A stretch of DNA of 63,643 bases, the filler included. It is 5 parts of 5 records of this genome, joined end to end, with 100 filler letters (N's around TTAATTAATTAA, not from the genome) between each part and the next. Parts side by side here need not be neighbours in the genome. Positions count along the whole stretch, not along the records: positions 37,996 to 51,315 come from SRR20825010_5560; positions 51,416 to 63,643 come from SRR20825010_5564; 3 more parts are not named here. The stretch is one strand, 5' to 3'. Positions 48,110-56,862 of the stretch are shown here, piece after piece (positions within the stretch are counted from its first letter, which is position 1; each line of letters begins with the position of its first letter). The notes under the pieces are model-generated. The model saw only the letters and a program-made list of their open reading frames with translations. It was not told the origin of the DNA and searched no databases. A program made the translations under genes and the position numbers.

Positions 48110-49357
48110 ATGCGTAGTATTTCTCTATTGATTCTTCTCGTCTTTCTGGCGATGGCGATTTGGGCCGTTCTCGTTTTCACAGGCACGCGCAATGGCTGGT
48201 GGCGCGCTGATCTTGGGCCGCGCGACGACGTGTCGTCTTTCTTCTCCAGATCAGCCGCGGCGATAGACACGCGAGGTCGGGGGGCTGTCGCTTTCGTTTT
48301 GATCGAAAAGGGGAGGGTCTTCGACGAACATTATGTTTCCGCGGGGGCGCCCGTTACCCGAGATACCCTTTTCCAGCTTGCCTCGCTCAGCAAAATGGTG
48401 ACGGCTATGGGCGTATTGAAGCTCGTCAGCGAAGGTGCTCTGAACCTTGATGCGCCTGTTTCGCGCTATCTTAAACGTTGGCATCTGCCGGAAAGTGACT
48501 TCGATAATGACGGTGTAACTGTCCGTCGCCTGCTTTCACATACGGCCGGTTTCAGGGATGGCTTGGGCCACATGGGATTCGGACCGGACGAGAATGTGCA
48601 ATCACTGGAGGAGTCGCTGACCAAAGCTGTGGATGCTATGCCGGGCGCCGACGGGAGATCTCGCGTTGTGGTCGAACCGGGAACCTCTTGGAGCTATTCC
48701 GGTGGTAGTTATGCGCTGTTGCAATTGTTGGTTGAAGAAGTCTCGGGCGAGCCCTTCAATGTCTATATGCGCCACGCCGTGTTCGAGCCACTCGGCATGG
48801 AAACAGCGACATTCGATCTTGAGGAAGCAAAAAGCCGCGGGCTTACGCCTTGTCTCAATGCGGCAGGGGAAGCATGTATCTACCAGACTTTCTCAGCTTC
48901 TTCCGCTGCCGCGCTTAGCGCGAGTGCAGCCGATCTCACCCGTTTCATGAAGGCAAATATGGCAGGAAATGAACCCGCCTTCCTGCCGTCGGCGCTCTTC
49001 TCGGAGATACGTGAGCCTCAAGCATGGAAGTTCGGCATCCCGATTTGGGGGCTTGGCGTCATTCTCTATGCAGAGGCGCCGCATGGAGGCTTCATTGTTG
49101 GCCATGACGGGCAGAACGCCCCGGCGATCGAATCCACCATTCGTTTTGATCCCGCGACAGGCGACGGCATCCTTGTTCTCGCGAACGGTGATCCGGGCCT
49201 GACCTCCACGCTAGGCGATGATTGGGTCTACTGGTATTCTGGGCGGGTGGGCGTGACTGAGCTTGATGGCATCATCCTGTTTGCGGGGCTCATGTTGTTC
49301 GCGGGCTGGATCGCCATCATAACTCTGGCCGCTTTCGGCCTGAGACGAATGATGTAA
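48110..49357 (+). CDS. Serine hydrolase, beta-lactamase/PBP-like family, membrane anchored
   Basis: SxxK (ASLSK), LLSHTAG, YSGG, GHDG; N- and C-terminal TMs. Confidence 0.87.
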   Translation: MRSISLLILLVFLAMAIWAVLVFTGTRNGWWRADLGPRDDVSSFFSRSAAAIDTRGRGAVAFVLIEKGRVFDEHYVSAGAPVTRDTLFQLASLSKMVTAMGVLKLVSEGALNLDAPVSRYLKRWHLPESDFDNDGVTVRRLLSHTAGFRDGLGHMGFGPDENVQSLEESLTKAVDAMPGADGRSRVVVEPGTSWSYSGGSYALLQLLVEEVSGEPFNVYMRHAVFEPLGMETATFDLEEAKSRGLTPCLNAAGEACIYQTFSASSAAALSASAADLTRFMKANMAGNEPAFLPSALFSEIREPQAWKFGIPIWGLGVILYAEAPHGGFIVGHDGQNAPAIESTIRFDPATGDGILVLANGDPGLTSTLGDDWVYWYSGRVGVTELDGIILFAGLMLFAGWIAIITLAAFGLRRMM

Positions 49358-49559
49358 TCCAGAAGCCCATCATTTTCGTAAATTGTCTTGTAATGTCGCG
49401 TTGGGGCACGGATTCGCGCTGCTCCCAAGTCTTCATCTCAAGCGGACGCGGCGTTAAATCGAAACCCTTTTCACATCGCACGATTGCAGTGAGAATGTGC
49501 CGAAATAAACGCGGATAAGGGCGGGGCCGCATCAATCATCCTGCGACAAGGGAGACACC

Positions 49560-50687
49560 ATGAATTTCGATTTTTCCGATGACCAGAAAATGCTCAAGGA
49601 GCAGGTCCGCAAATTCCTCGGCGACAAAAGCCCGCTGAGCGTCACACGCAAAGTGCTGGAAGATAATGACCAGGCTTACTCCAAAGAAGTCTGGAAAGGC
49701 CTGGTTGATATGGGCCTCACCGGCACAGCCATTCCCGAGGCATACGGTGGCTTGGGTCTTGGCGCTCTGGAGCTTTGCGTGATCGCTGAAGAGCTAGGCC
49801 GCGCTGTCGTCGCCACACCTTTCTCGTCTTCTGTTTATCTCGCCAGCGAAGCTCTCAAGCTTTACGGCACCGAGAAACAGAAAGAGACATGGCTGCCCAA
49901 GCTTGCCGCCGGCGAGATCATTGGCACACTCGCCATCTCCGAAGGCCTGCATGCTGCCAGCCCGCGCAACATCGAAGTGGCTTTTGCCAATGGCAAGATC
50001 AACGGCACCAAGATGCCTGTGCCCGATGGTGACATTGCCGATGTCTGTGTCGTCGTCGTCAATTCCGGCGGCACAGGCGAACAGGCCATCTCCCTTGCCG
50101 TGGTCGATCTCAATGGCGCAGGTGTGTCTCGCAAAGTGCTGCGCACCATCGACCCCACACGTTCGCATGCCGAAATCACTTTCAAGGATGCCGCCGCCGA
50201 ACTCATGGGTCCGGCAGGGCAGGGCTGGAGCCAGCTTTCGCGTGTGCTGGACGGTGCCGCTGTGCTTTTTGCCTTCGAGCAGGTCGGTGGTTCGGAAGCT
50301 GCCATCGAAATGGCGCGCGATTATTCGCTGGAGCGTTATGCCTTCGGTCGCCAGATCGGTTCCTATCAGGCCATCAAGCACAAGCTGGCCGATATGTACG
50401 TGAAGAAGGAACTGGCAAAGTCCAACGCCTATTTTGGTGCGATGATGCTCAACGACGAAGGTTCGGAACTTCCCGAAGCCGCCGCCGCTTCGCGTCTTGC
50501 TGGCAATGACGCCTATGTCTTTGCCGCACAGGAAAGCCTCCAGACACATGGCGGCATCGGCTACACATGGGAAGCCGACACACAGTTCCATTATCGCCGC
50601 GCGAAATTGCTCGCGCTTACCATTGGCAGCTCTGCCCAGTGGAAAGAGAAACTCGCCACGCGTCTTGAAGCCAAGAACGCCGCCTAA
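49560..50687 (+). CDS. Acyl-CoA dehydrogenase (short subunit of a probable heteromeric pair)
   Basis: IPEAYGGLG, RYAFGRQIGSYQAIKH, QTHGGIGYTWE. Confidence 0.9.
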   Translation: MNFDFSDDQKMLKEQVRKFLGDKSPLSVTRKVLEDNDQAYSKEVWKGLVDMGLTGTAIPEAYGGLGLGALELCVIAEELGRAVVATPFSSSVYLASEALKLYGTEKQKETWLPKLAAGEIIGTLAISEGLHAASPRNIEVAFANGKINGTKMPVPDGDIADVCVVVVNSGGTGEQAISLAVVDLNGAGVSRKVLRTIDPTRSHAEITFKDAAAELMGPAGQGWSQLSRVLDGAAVLFAFEQVGGSEAAIEMARDYSLERYAFGRQIGSYQAIKHKLADMYVKKELAKSNAYFGAMMLNDEGSELPEAAAASRLAGNDAYVFAAQESLQTHGGIGYTWEADTQFHYRRAKLLALTIGSSAQWKEKLATRLEAKNAA

Positions 50688-50725
50688 TAGCGCCCGCGCG
50701 AAACAGAATTTGGGAGATCTATAAA

Positions 50726-51315
50726 ATGGACTTCAACGACACACCCGAAGAAGCCAAATACCGCGCCGAAGTGCGCGCATGGCTGGACAAGAACGCAACC
50801 CGCAAATCCGATGCAAAAGACGCCGAGCAGTCCAAGACACTTGAGGAATTGCTGCAGAAGTCGAAAGCATGGCAGGCCAAAAAGGCCGAAAACGGTTATG
50901 CCTGCATCACATGGCCCAAAGAATGGGGCGGCGGTGGCGGCACCACCATCAATAACGTGATCTATGGTCAGGAAGAGTCGAACTATGCCGTCACAGGCAG
51001 CGTCTTTGCCATCGGCCTCGGTATGTGCATTCCCACGGTCATGACCTGGGGTTCGGAAGAGCACAAAGCGCGCTTCGTGAAGCCTGCCGTGCGTGGTGAT
51101 GAAATCTGGTGCCAGCTTTTCTCAGAACCTGCTGGCGGCTCCGACGTGGCTGGCCTGCGCACCCGCGCCGAACGGGAGGGCGATGAATGGGTCATCAACG
51201 GCCAGAAAGTCTGGACGTCCGGTGCCCATTATTGTGATTACGGCATCGTCCTCGTGCGTACCGACCCCAACGTGCCCAAGCACAAGGGCCTCACCATGTT
51301 CTGGGTGGACATGAA
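50726..51315 (+). CDS. Acyl-CoA dehydrogenase (3'-truncated)
   Basis: WPKEWGG, WCQLFSEPAGGSDVA, NGQKVWTS. Confidence 0.9.
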
Positions 51316-51415
51316 NNNNNNNNNNNNNNNNNNNNNNNNNNNNNNNNNNNNNNNNNNNNTTAATTAATTAANNNNNNNNNNNNNNNNNNNNNNNNNNNNN
51401 NNNNNNNNNNNNNNN
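51316..51415. other. Artificial contig spacer
   Basis: N44-TTAATTAATTAA-N44. Confidence 0.97.
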
Positions 51416-51789
51416 CGCCGCCCCACAGGGTGCGCGAACATCAGGCCCGAGAGCACCGCCCAAACCGGCATGGTGTAGCCCAAAATGGCAGCACGGCCCG
51501 AACTTAGTTCTTTCACCGCCAGAATACAGAACACATGCCAACCAATCATGTTGGGAATGCACAGCAACGCCAGCCTGCCCCACAGTTCACGCGGCACTTT
51601 CAGCGACACCTTCATTTGCCGGGCCACAAACCACATGGCCACCATGCCGAACACCATGCACAGGGTGCGGAAATGCAGGGGTGGGTATTGGGTAACTGCA
51701 TACTTCATCACGGGCCAGTTCATGCCCCAAATGGCAGTAATGCCGAGCAGTAACTGTATTTGTTTTATGGATAATTTTGCAGCAGGCAC
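51416..51789 (-). CDS. DMT/EamA-family transporter (3'-truncated)
   Basis: WGMNWPVMK, SGRAAILGYTMPVW. Confidence 0.85.
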
Positions 51790-51905
51790 GAAAGTGAATG
51801 ATCGTTCAGTAAGGCGCTCCAGTGTAGTGCATCAGCCCGCAATTGCCCCTAGGGGCTTGCCCTGATCCTGTACAATAAGGCCACTTCCACCAGTTCAATT
51901 GCGCA

Positions 51906-52766
51906 ATGGCCAGCAACCGTTTTTCCGAATTCAACACCTTCCCGCAACGCCTTGCGCACAGCTGGCAACACAGCGATTCCATGTTGTGTGTGGGCCTGGA
52001 CCCCGACATTTTCCGCATGCCGGCAGGTTACGGCAGCAGCCCTTCAGAAATTGAACGCTTCTGCATTGAAATCATCAAGGCCACGGCCGAATTTGCGTGT
52101 TCATTCAAACCACAAATTGCCTACTTTGCAGCCAACCGTGCTGAAGCGGCACTGGAAAACATTCTGGCGTATGCCAATGAAATTGCCCCGCACGCCACCA
52201 CCATTCTGGATGCCAAGCGCGGCGATATTGGTGCCACCGCCAAGCAATACGCCATCGAAGCATTCGAGCGCTACAAGGCCGACAGCGTGACATTGAGCCC
52301 CTACATGGGCAGCGACTCTGTCGAGCCCTACCACACCTATTCCGATCGCGGCCTTTTTCTGTTGTGCCGCACATCCAACCCCGGAGGCAACGACCTGCAG
52401 TTTTTAAACACTGAAAAAGCCGAGCCGCTGTACCAAACAGTCGCCAAACTGGCCACCTCCACATGGAACCCCCACCAGCAAGTGGGCCTAGTGGTGGGTG
52501 CAACTTACCCGGAAGAAATTCGCACCGTGCGCAGCATTGTGGGCGATGCCCCCCTGCTGGTACCCGGCGTTGGCGCCCAAGGCGGCGACCTGCCGAACAC
52601 GGTAAAGAACGGCCTGTGCAGCCAGGGTTGGGGCTTGTTGATCAATTCATCGCGCGCCATTTTGTACGCCAGTAGCAAAGCCGATTTTGCAAGCGCCGCC
52701 GCGCTTGAAGCCCGAAACACCCGTGACGCCATACAAGCTGCAAAAGCCGCAGCACTTTCAGGCTAG
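51906..52766 (+). CDS. pyrF: Orotidine-5'-phosphate decarboxylase
   Basis: LCVGLDP, KPQIAYF, LDAKRGDIG, PGVGAQGG, NSSRAI. Confidence 0.95.
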   Translation: MASNRFSEFNTFPQRLAHSWQHSDSMLCVGLDPDIFRMPAGYGSSPSEIERFCIEIIKATAEFACSFKPQIAYFAANRAEAALENILAYANEIAPHATTILDAKRGDIGATAKQYAIEAFERYKADSVTLSPYMGSDSVEPYHTYSDRGLFLLCRTSNPGGNDLQFLNTEKAEPLYQTVAKLATSTWNPHQQVGLVVGATYPEEIRTVRSIVGDAPLLVPGVGAQGGDLPNTVKNGLCSQGWGLLINSSRAILYASSKADFASAAALEARNTRDAIQAAKAAALSG

Positions 52767-52842
52767 AATCAAAGCAATACAACACCATTCATGTTCAGGT
52801 AAAAAGAGCCAAACCGGCCGGCCTGTACTGGGGAGACAAGGG

Positions 52843-53547
52843 ATGAAAATACTTCTGGCCGAAGACGACAGTTTGTTGTCTGAAGGTTTGTCGCAATCAC
52901 TGCGGCAAGCCGGTTATGCAGTGGACTGCATGTTCAAGGGCAGCGACGCCGACACGGCGTTGACCACCATGAACTACGACATTTTGATACTCGACCTGGG
53001 TCTGCCCAAGATGAGAGGCCTCGAAGTGCTGCGCCGCCTGCGTGCGCGCAACAACAACATGCCCGTGCTTATTTTGACTGCAGCCGACAGCGTAGAGCAA
53101 CGGGTACAGGGGCTTGATGCTGGTGCCGACGATTACATGGCCAAACCCTTCGACCTGAAAGAACTTGAAGCCCGCGTGCGTGCGCTTGCCCGCCGTGGCA
53201 CTGGTGGCGGTGCAAGCATTTGGAAACACGGGCCGCTTACCTTCGACCAGGTTGGGCGTATTGCATATATCAACGAAGACATGCTTGACCTTTCTGCCCG
53301 GGAAGTGGGCCTGCTTGAAGTACTGCTTCAACGCGTAGGTCGCCTGGTCAGCAAAGAACAGTTCGTTGACCATTTGTGCGAATGGGGCGAAGAAGTGAGC
53401 AACAACGCCATTGAGGTGTACATTCACCGCCTTCGCAAAAAAATTGAGGTCAACGGCGTTCGAATTGCCACTGTGCGTGGCCTGGGTTATTGCCTTGAAA
53501 AATACACCGAGAAAGAAGCAACAACCAATGCCGACGCCAACACATAA
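52843..53547 (+). CDS. OmpR-family response regulator (TctD/QseB-like)
   Basis: MKILLAEDD, LDLGLP, GADDYMAKPF, IEVYIHRLRKK; ATG 52843. Confidence 0.92.
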   Translation: MKILLAEDDSLLSEGLSQSLRQAGYAVDCMFKGSDADTALTTMNYDILILDLGLPKMRGLEVLRRLRARNNNMPVLILTAADSVEQRVQGLDAGADDYMAKPFDLKELEARVRALARRGTGGGASIWKHGPLTFDQVGRIAYINEDMLDLSAREVGLLEVLLQRVGRLVSKEQFVDHLCEWGEEVSNNAIEVYIHRLRKKIEVNGVRIATVRGLGYCLEKYTEKEATTNADANT

Positions 53548-53560
53548 GGCAGGTGCCTGA

Positions 53561-55018
53561 TTGGCTTGGTACAAACGCAACCCGCTAGCGTCGGGCCGCA
53601 ATCAACGCCGATCATTGTTCGGTGAAATTCTGGACTGGATGTTGGCCCCCCTGCTGATCTTGTGGCCCATGAGCATTGGCGTTACGTATCTGGTGGCAAA
53701 ATCGATTGCCAACGATCCCTTCGATCACATTCTTGACGACAAAATTACTGCCTTGGCTCAAGAAGTTGCAGCCCAGGCCCCCACCGGTCAATTTGAAATT
53801 CCCAAACAAGCCATGGAAATTTTGTTGGCCGATGGCACCGACCAGCTGCGTTTGCAAATTGTGGGTAAAACCGGTGAATTCCTGCTGGGCGATGAACGCA
53901 CACTGCCCATTCCGCAACGCGAAGCAAGGCTAATTGGCGTAGTGAACTTTCGGGACATCGTGGTGAACGGCGAAGATTTCCGCGCAGGCCATTTGTGGAT
54001 TGAACTGCCCGCCGCAGGGGAGAACCGTTTCATGCTGATCCAGATCGCGGAAACACTGGGCAAGCGCGACAGATTGGCCAATGAAATTATCAAGGGTGTT
54101 ATTTTGCCGCAGTTCGTGATCCTGCCGCTGGCCGTATTGCTGGTGTGGTTTGGCTTGTCACGCGGCATTGCGCCTTTGAATACCCTGCTCGAAATTATTC
54201 GCACCCGCAAGCCCGACGACTTAAGCGCCCTGCAAACCAAAGACACCCCCGAAGAACTGCTGCCAGTCATTACCGCATTGAACGAACAACTGGAACGGCT
54301 TGAGCAAACCATCGACACCCAAAAACGTTTTGTGGCGGACGCAGCCCATCAACTTAAAACCCCGCTGGCGGGCCTGCGCATGCAGGTTGAACTGCTGAGC
54401 GACGAAACCGATGAAGCGGCCAAACTGCGCAGCCTGCGCCGCCTGAAAGTGGGCACCGAACGATCCACACGTCTGGTTAACCAACTGCTTGCGCTGGCGC
54501 GAACCGAAGCACCTTCTGTGCTGCAATTTGAAAAACTGGATTTGACCCACATTGCACGCACGGTAACCCGCGACTTCGTACCCGAAGCCATGAACAAACA
54601 CATCGACCTGGGCGTGGAAGTGCCCGACCACGCAGTGTATGTAAACGGCCAAACACTGATGCTGACCGAGATGCTGAAAAACCTGGTTGAGAATGCCTTG
54701 CGCTACACCCCGGAAGAAGGCTGCGTAACAGTACGGGTGGATGACAGCCCGCAACGTGAAGCCATTGTGCTGGAAGTGGAAGACGACGGCCCCGGCATAC
54801 CGGCTGGCGAACGCAACCTAGTGTTCGACCGCTTTTACCGTGTGCTGGGTACCAGTGAAGATGGCTCGGGCCTTGGGCTGGCCATTGTGCTGGAGACCGC
54901 ACAACAACACGATGCGAATGTGACCATTCACGACAACCCGAAATCGGCCCACCCCGATCGGCACGGTACCCTGATGCGTGTCAGTTTCCCGCCGCGCCAC
55001 CGGCAACTGGAAGACTGA
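53561..55018 (+). CDS. Sensor histidine kinase (TctE/QseC-like)
   Basis: Two TMs, DAAHQLKTPL, NLVENALRY, GSGLGLAIV. Confidence 0.92.
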   Translation: MAWYKRNPLASGRNQRRSLFGEILDWMLAPLLILWPMSIGVTYLVAKSIANDPFDHILDDKITALAQEVAAQAPTGQFEIPKQAMEILLADGTDQLRLQIVGKTGEFLLGDERTLPIPQREARLIGVVNFRDIVVNGEDFRAGHLWIELPAAGENRFMLIQIAETLGKRDRLANEIIKGVILPQFVILPLAVLLVWFGLSRGIAPLNTLLEIIRTRKPDDLSALQTKDTPEELLPVITALNEQLERLEQTIDTQKRFVADAAHQLKTPLAGLRMQVELLSDETDEAAKLRSLRRLKVGTERSTRLVNQLLALARTEAPSVLQFEKLDLTHIARTVTRDFVPEAMNKHIDLGVEVPDHAVYVNGQTLMLTEMLKNLVENALRYTPEEGCVTVRVDDSPQREAIVLEVEDDGPGIPAGERNLVFDRFYRVLGTSEDGSGLGLAIVLETAQQHDANVTIHDNPKSAHPDRHGTLMRVSFPPRHRQLED

Positions 55019-55057
55019 TTGCTTAAAATAAACACTTAACTTTTCAAGAAGCACCCA

Positions 55058-56071
55058 ATGAGATCAAAAGGCAGTGAATGGCAAGCCCCCGAAGACGACA
55101 ACCACAAACTGGCCAATCTGTGCGGCCCCGTGGATGCCAACCTGCGACAAATTGAAGCGGCCTTGCAAGTAAAAATTTCACGCCGCAACAACACACTGAG
55201 CGTAGCGGGCGACAAGGAAAATGCAAAACAGGCATTCATCCTGATCAACCACTTTTTTGAAAAAAGTGACAAACCGGTGACCGCCGACGAAATTCAACTG
55301 GCGCTGGTTGAACTGAAAAACACCAACACCGTGGCCAGCCCTAGAAAAGAAATTCCGACGATCACGGGGGCCGACGAGCCCGTGGTGCTGCGAACAAAGA
55401 AAGGGGATCTGCAACCACGCACCGAGCGCCAGAAGGATTACCTGAAGTCGGTGATGGAACATGACCTGACTTTTGGCATTGGCCCTGCCGGTACCGGAAA
55501 AACCTATTTGGCCGTGGCATGCGCCGTGGACGCACTTGAACGCGACAGCGTGAAGCGCATCATTTTGACCCGCCCGGCCGTGGAAGCAGGCGAACGCCTG
55601 GGGTTTCTGCCAGGTGACCTGAGCCAGAAAGTAGACCCCTACCTGCGCCCCCTGTACGATGCCTTGTACGACTTGGCCGGCTATGACCGCGTGCAGAAGT
55701 GGTTCGAGCGCAATGTGATTGAAATTGCGCCGCTGGCCTACATGCGCGGCCGCACACTAAGCCACGCATTTGTCATTCTGGACGAAGCCCAAAACACCAC
55801 GCCCGAGCAAATGAAAATGTTTTTGACCCGCATTGGTTTTGGCAGCAAAGCCGTGATTACCGGCGACGTAACCCAGATCGACCTGCCACGCGGCCAGCAA
55901 AGCGGCTTGGTACAAACCCAACATGTATTGCGCAACGTGAAAGGAATTGCAATGACGTACTTCACCAGCGCAGACGTGGTTCGCCACCCACTGGTGGCAC
56001 GCATTGTTGAAGCCTACGAACGATTCCACAACCCCGAACGAACCAACACAGCAGACACCGATGACGAATAA
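55058..56071 (+). CDS. phoH: PhoH-family ATPase
   Basis: GPAGTGKTYLA, RPAVEAGERLGFLPG, DEAQN. Confidence 0.93.
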   Translation: MRSKGSEWQAPEDDNHKLANLCGPVDANLRQIEAALQVKISRRNNTLSVAGDKENAKQAFILINHFFEKSDKPVTADEIQLALVELKNTNTVASPRKEIPTITGADEPVVLRTKKGDLQPRTERQKDYLKSVMEHDLTFGIGPAGTGKTYLAVACAVDALERDSVKRIILTRPAVEAGERLGFLPGDLSQKVDPYLRPLYDALYDLAGYDRVQKWFERNVIEIAPLAYMRGRTLSHAFVILDEAQNTTPEQMKMFLTRIGFGSKAVITGDVTQIDLPRGQQSGLVQTQHVLRNVKGIAMTYFTSADVVRHPLVARIVEAYERFHNPERTNTADTDDE

Positions 56072-56558
56072 AGCGCGCACCACCGTCAGCGTGGCCATTC
56101 AGTGGGCCATGCACGCAGACCACCCGCCCTTCTCGGAAGTGGACAACAGCCGCATACGCCGTTGGGCCAAAGCTTGCTTCATGGACCGCGCTGAAATAAC
56201 CATTCGCTTTGTCGGTGAAGACGAAGGCCGACAACTGAACCGCGACTTCCGCGACAAAGACTACGCCACCAATGTGCTGACCTTCCCCATGGACATGCCC
56301 GATCTGGGCGCCGCCTCGGGCTTGCCGGTGTTTATGGCCGACATTGTGATTTGCCCTGCTGTGGTTGAACGTGAAGCCATCGAACAGCACAAAGACCCGG
56401 TTGAACACCTGGCCCACCTGGTAATTCACGGTTGCCTGCACGCCCAAGGCTATGTGCATGAAAGCGACAATCAGGCTGAATTGATGGAAAACCGCGAAAT
56501 CGAAATTTTAAAACGCTTCAAGATTTCAAACCCTTACGTTACTTCGACCAAAAAATAG
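56061..56558 (+). CDS. ybeY: rRNA maturation RNase YbeY
   Basis: LNRDFRDKDYATNVLTF, HGCLHAQGYVH; ATG 56061 overlaps the phoH end. Confidence 0.92.
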   Translation: MTNKARTTVSVAIQWAMHADHPPFSEVDNSRIRRWAKACFMDRAEITIRFVGEDEGRQLNRDFRDKDYATNVLTFPMDMPDLGAASGLPVFMADIVICPAVVEREAIEQHKDPVEHLAHLVIHGCLHAQGYVHESDNQAELMENREIEILKRFKISNPYVTSTKK

Positions 56559-56580
56559 TGGCTTTTTGCAGTATCAGGGC

Positions 56581-56609
56581 TTGACCACTTTTGAAAACTT
56601 GGCCATAAT
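56581..56609 (+). promoter_or_regulatory. Sigma70 promoter of tRNA-Lys
   Basis: TTGACC-N17-CATAAT followed by a GC-rich discriminator. Confidence 0.8.
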
Positions 56610-56650
56610 CGCGGTCTTCGGTTGAGGGCGAAAGCCTGACAGCGAAATGT

Positions 56651-56726
56651 GGGTCGTTAGCTCAGCTGGTAGAGCAGAGGACTTTTAATCCTTTGGTCGT
56701 GAGTTCGAATCTCGCACGACCCACCA
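56651..56726 (+). tRNA. tRNA-Lys(TTT)
   Basis: 76-nt cloverleaf, anticodon loop CTTTTAA, GTTCGAATC T-arm, encoded CCA. Confidence 0.96.
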
Positions 56727-56734
56727 CAAAATAC

Positions 56735-56769
56735 AAAAAGCCCGACACTGCAGAAGTGTCGGGCTTTTT
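56735..56769 (+). terminator. Rho-independent terminator
   Basis: AAAAAGCCCGACACT-GCAGA-AGTGTCGGGCTTTTT. Confidence 0.9.
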
Positions 56770-56862
56770 ACATTGCGCTCAAACTTCCTGTCACAAACAC
56801 ATCTGAATTGCACCCCCGCTTGGTACTAGAACACCACCATTAAAATCTGCGGGGCTTGCCTG

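Noticed and set aside
48110..49357. Class C beta-lactamase resistance gene beside an efflux pump
   Set aside because: YSG and HDG replace YxN and KTG and it has TM anchors; generic serine hydrolase
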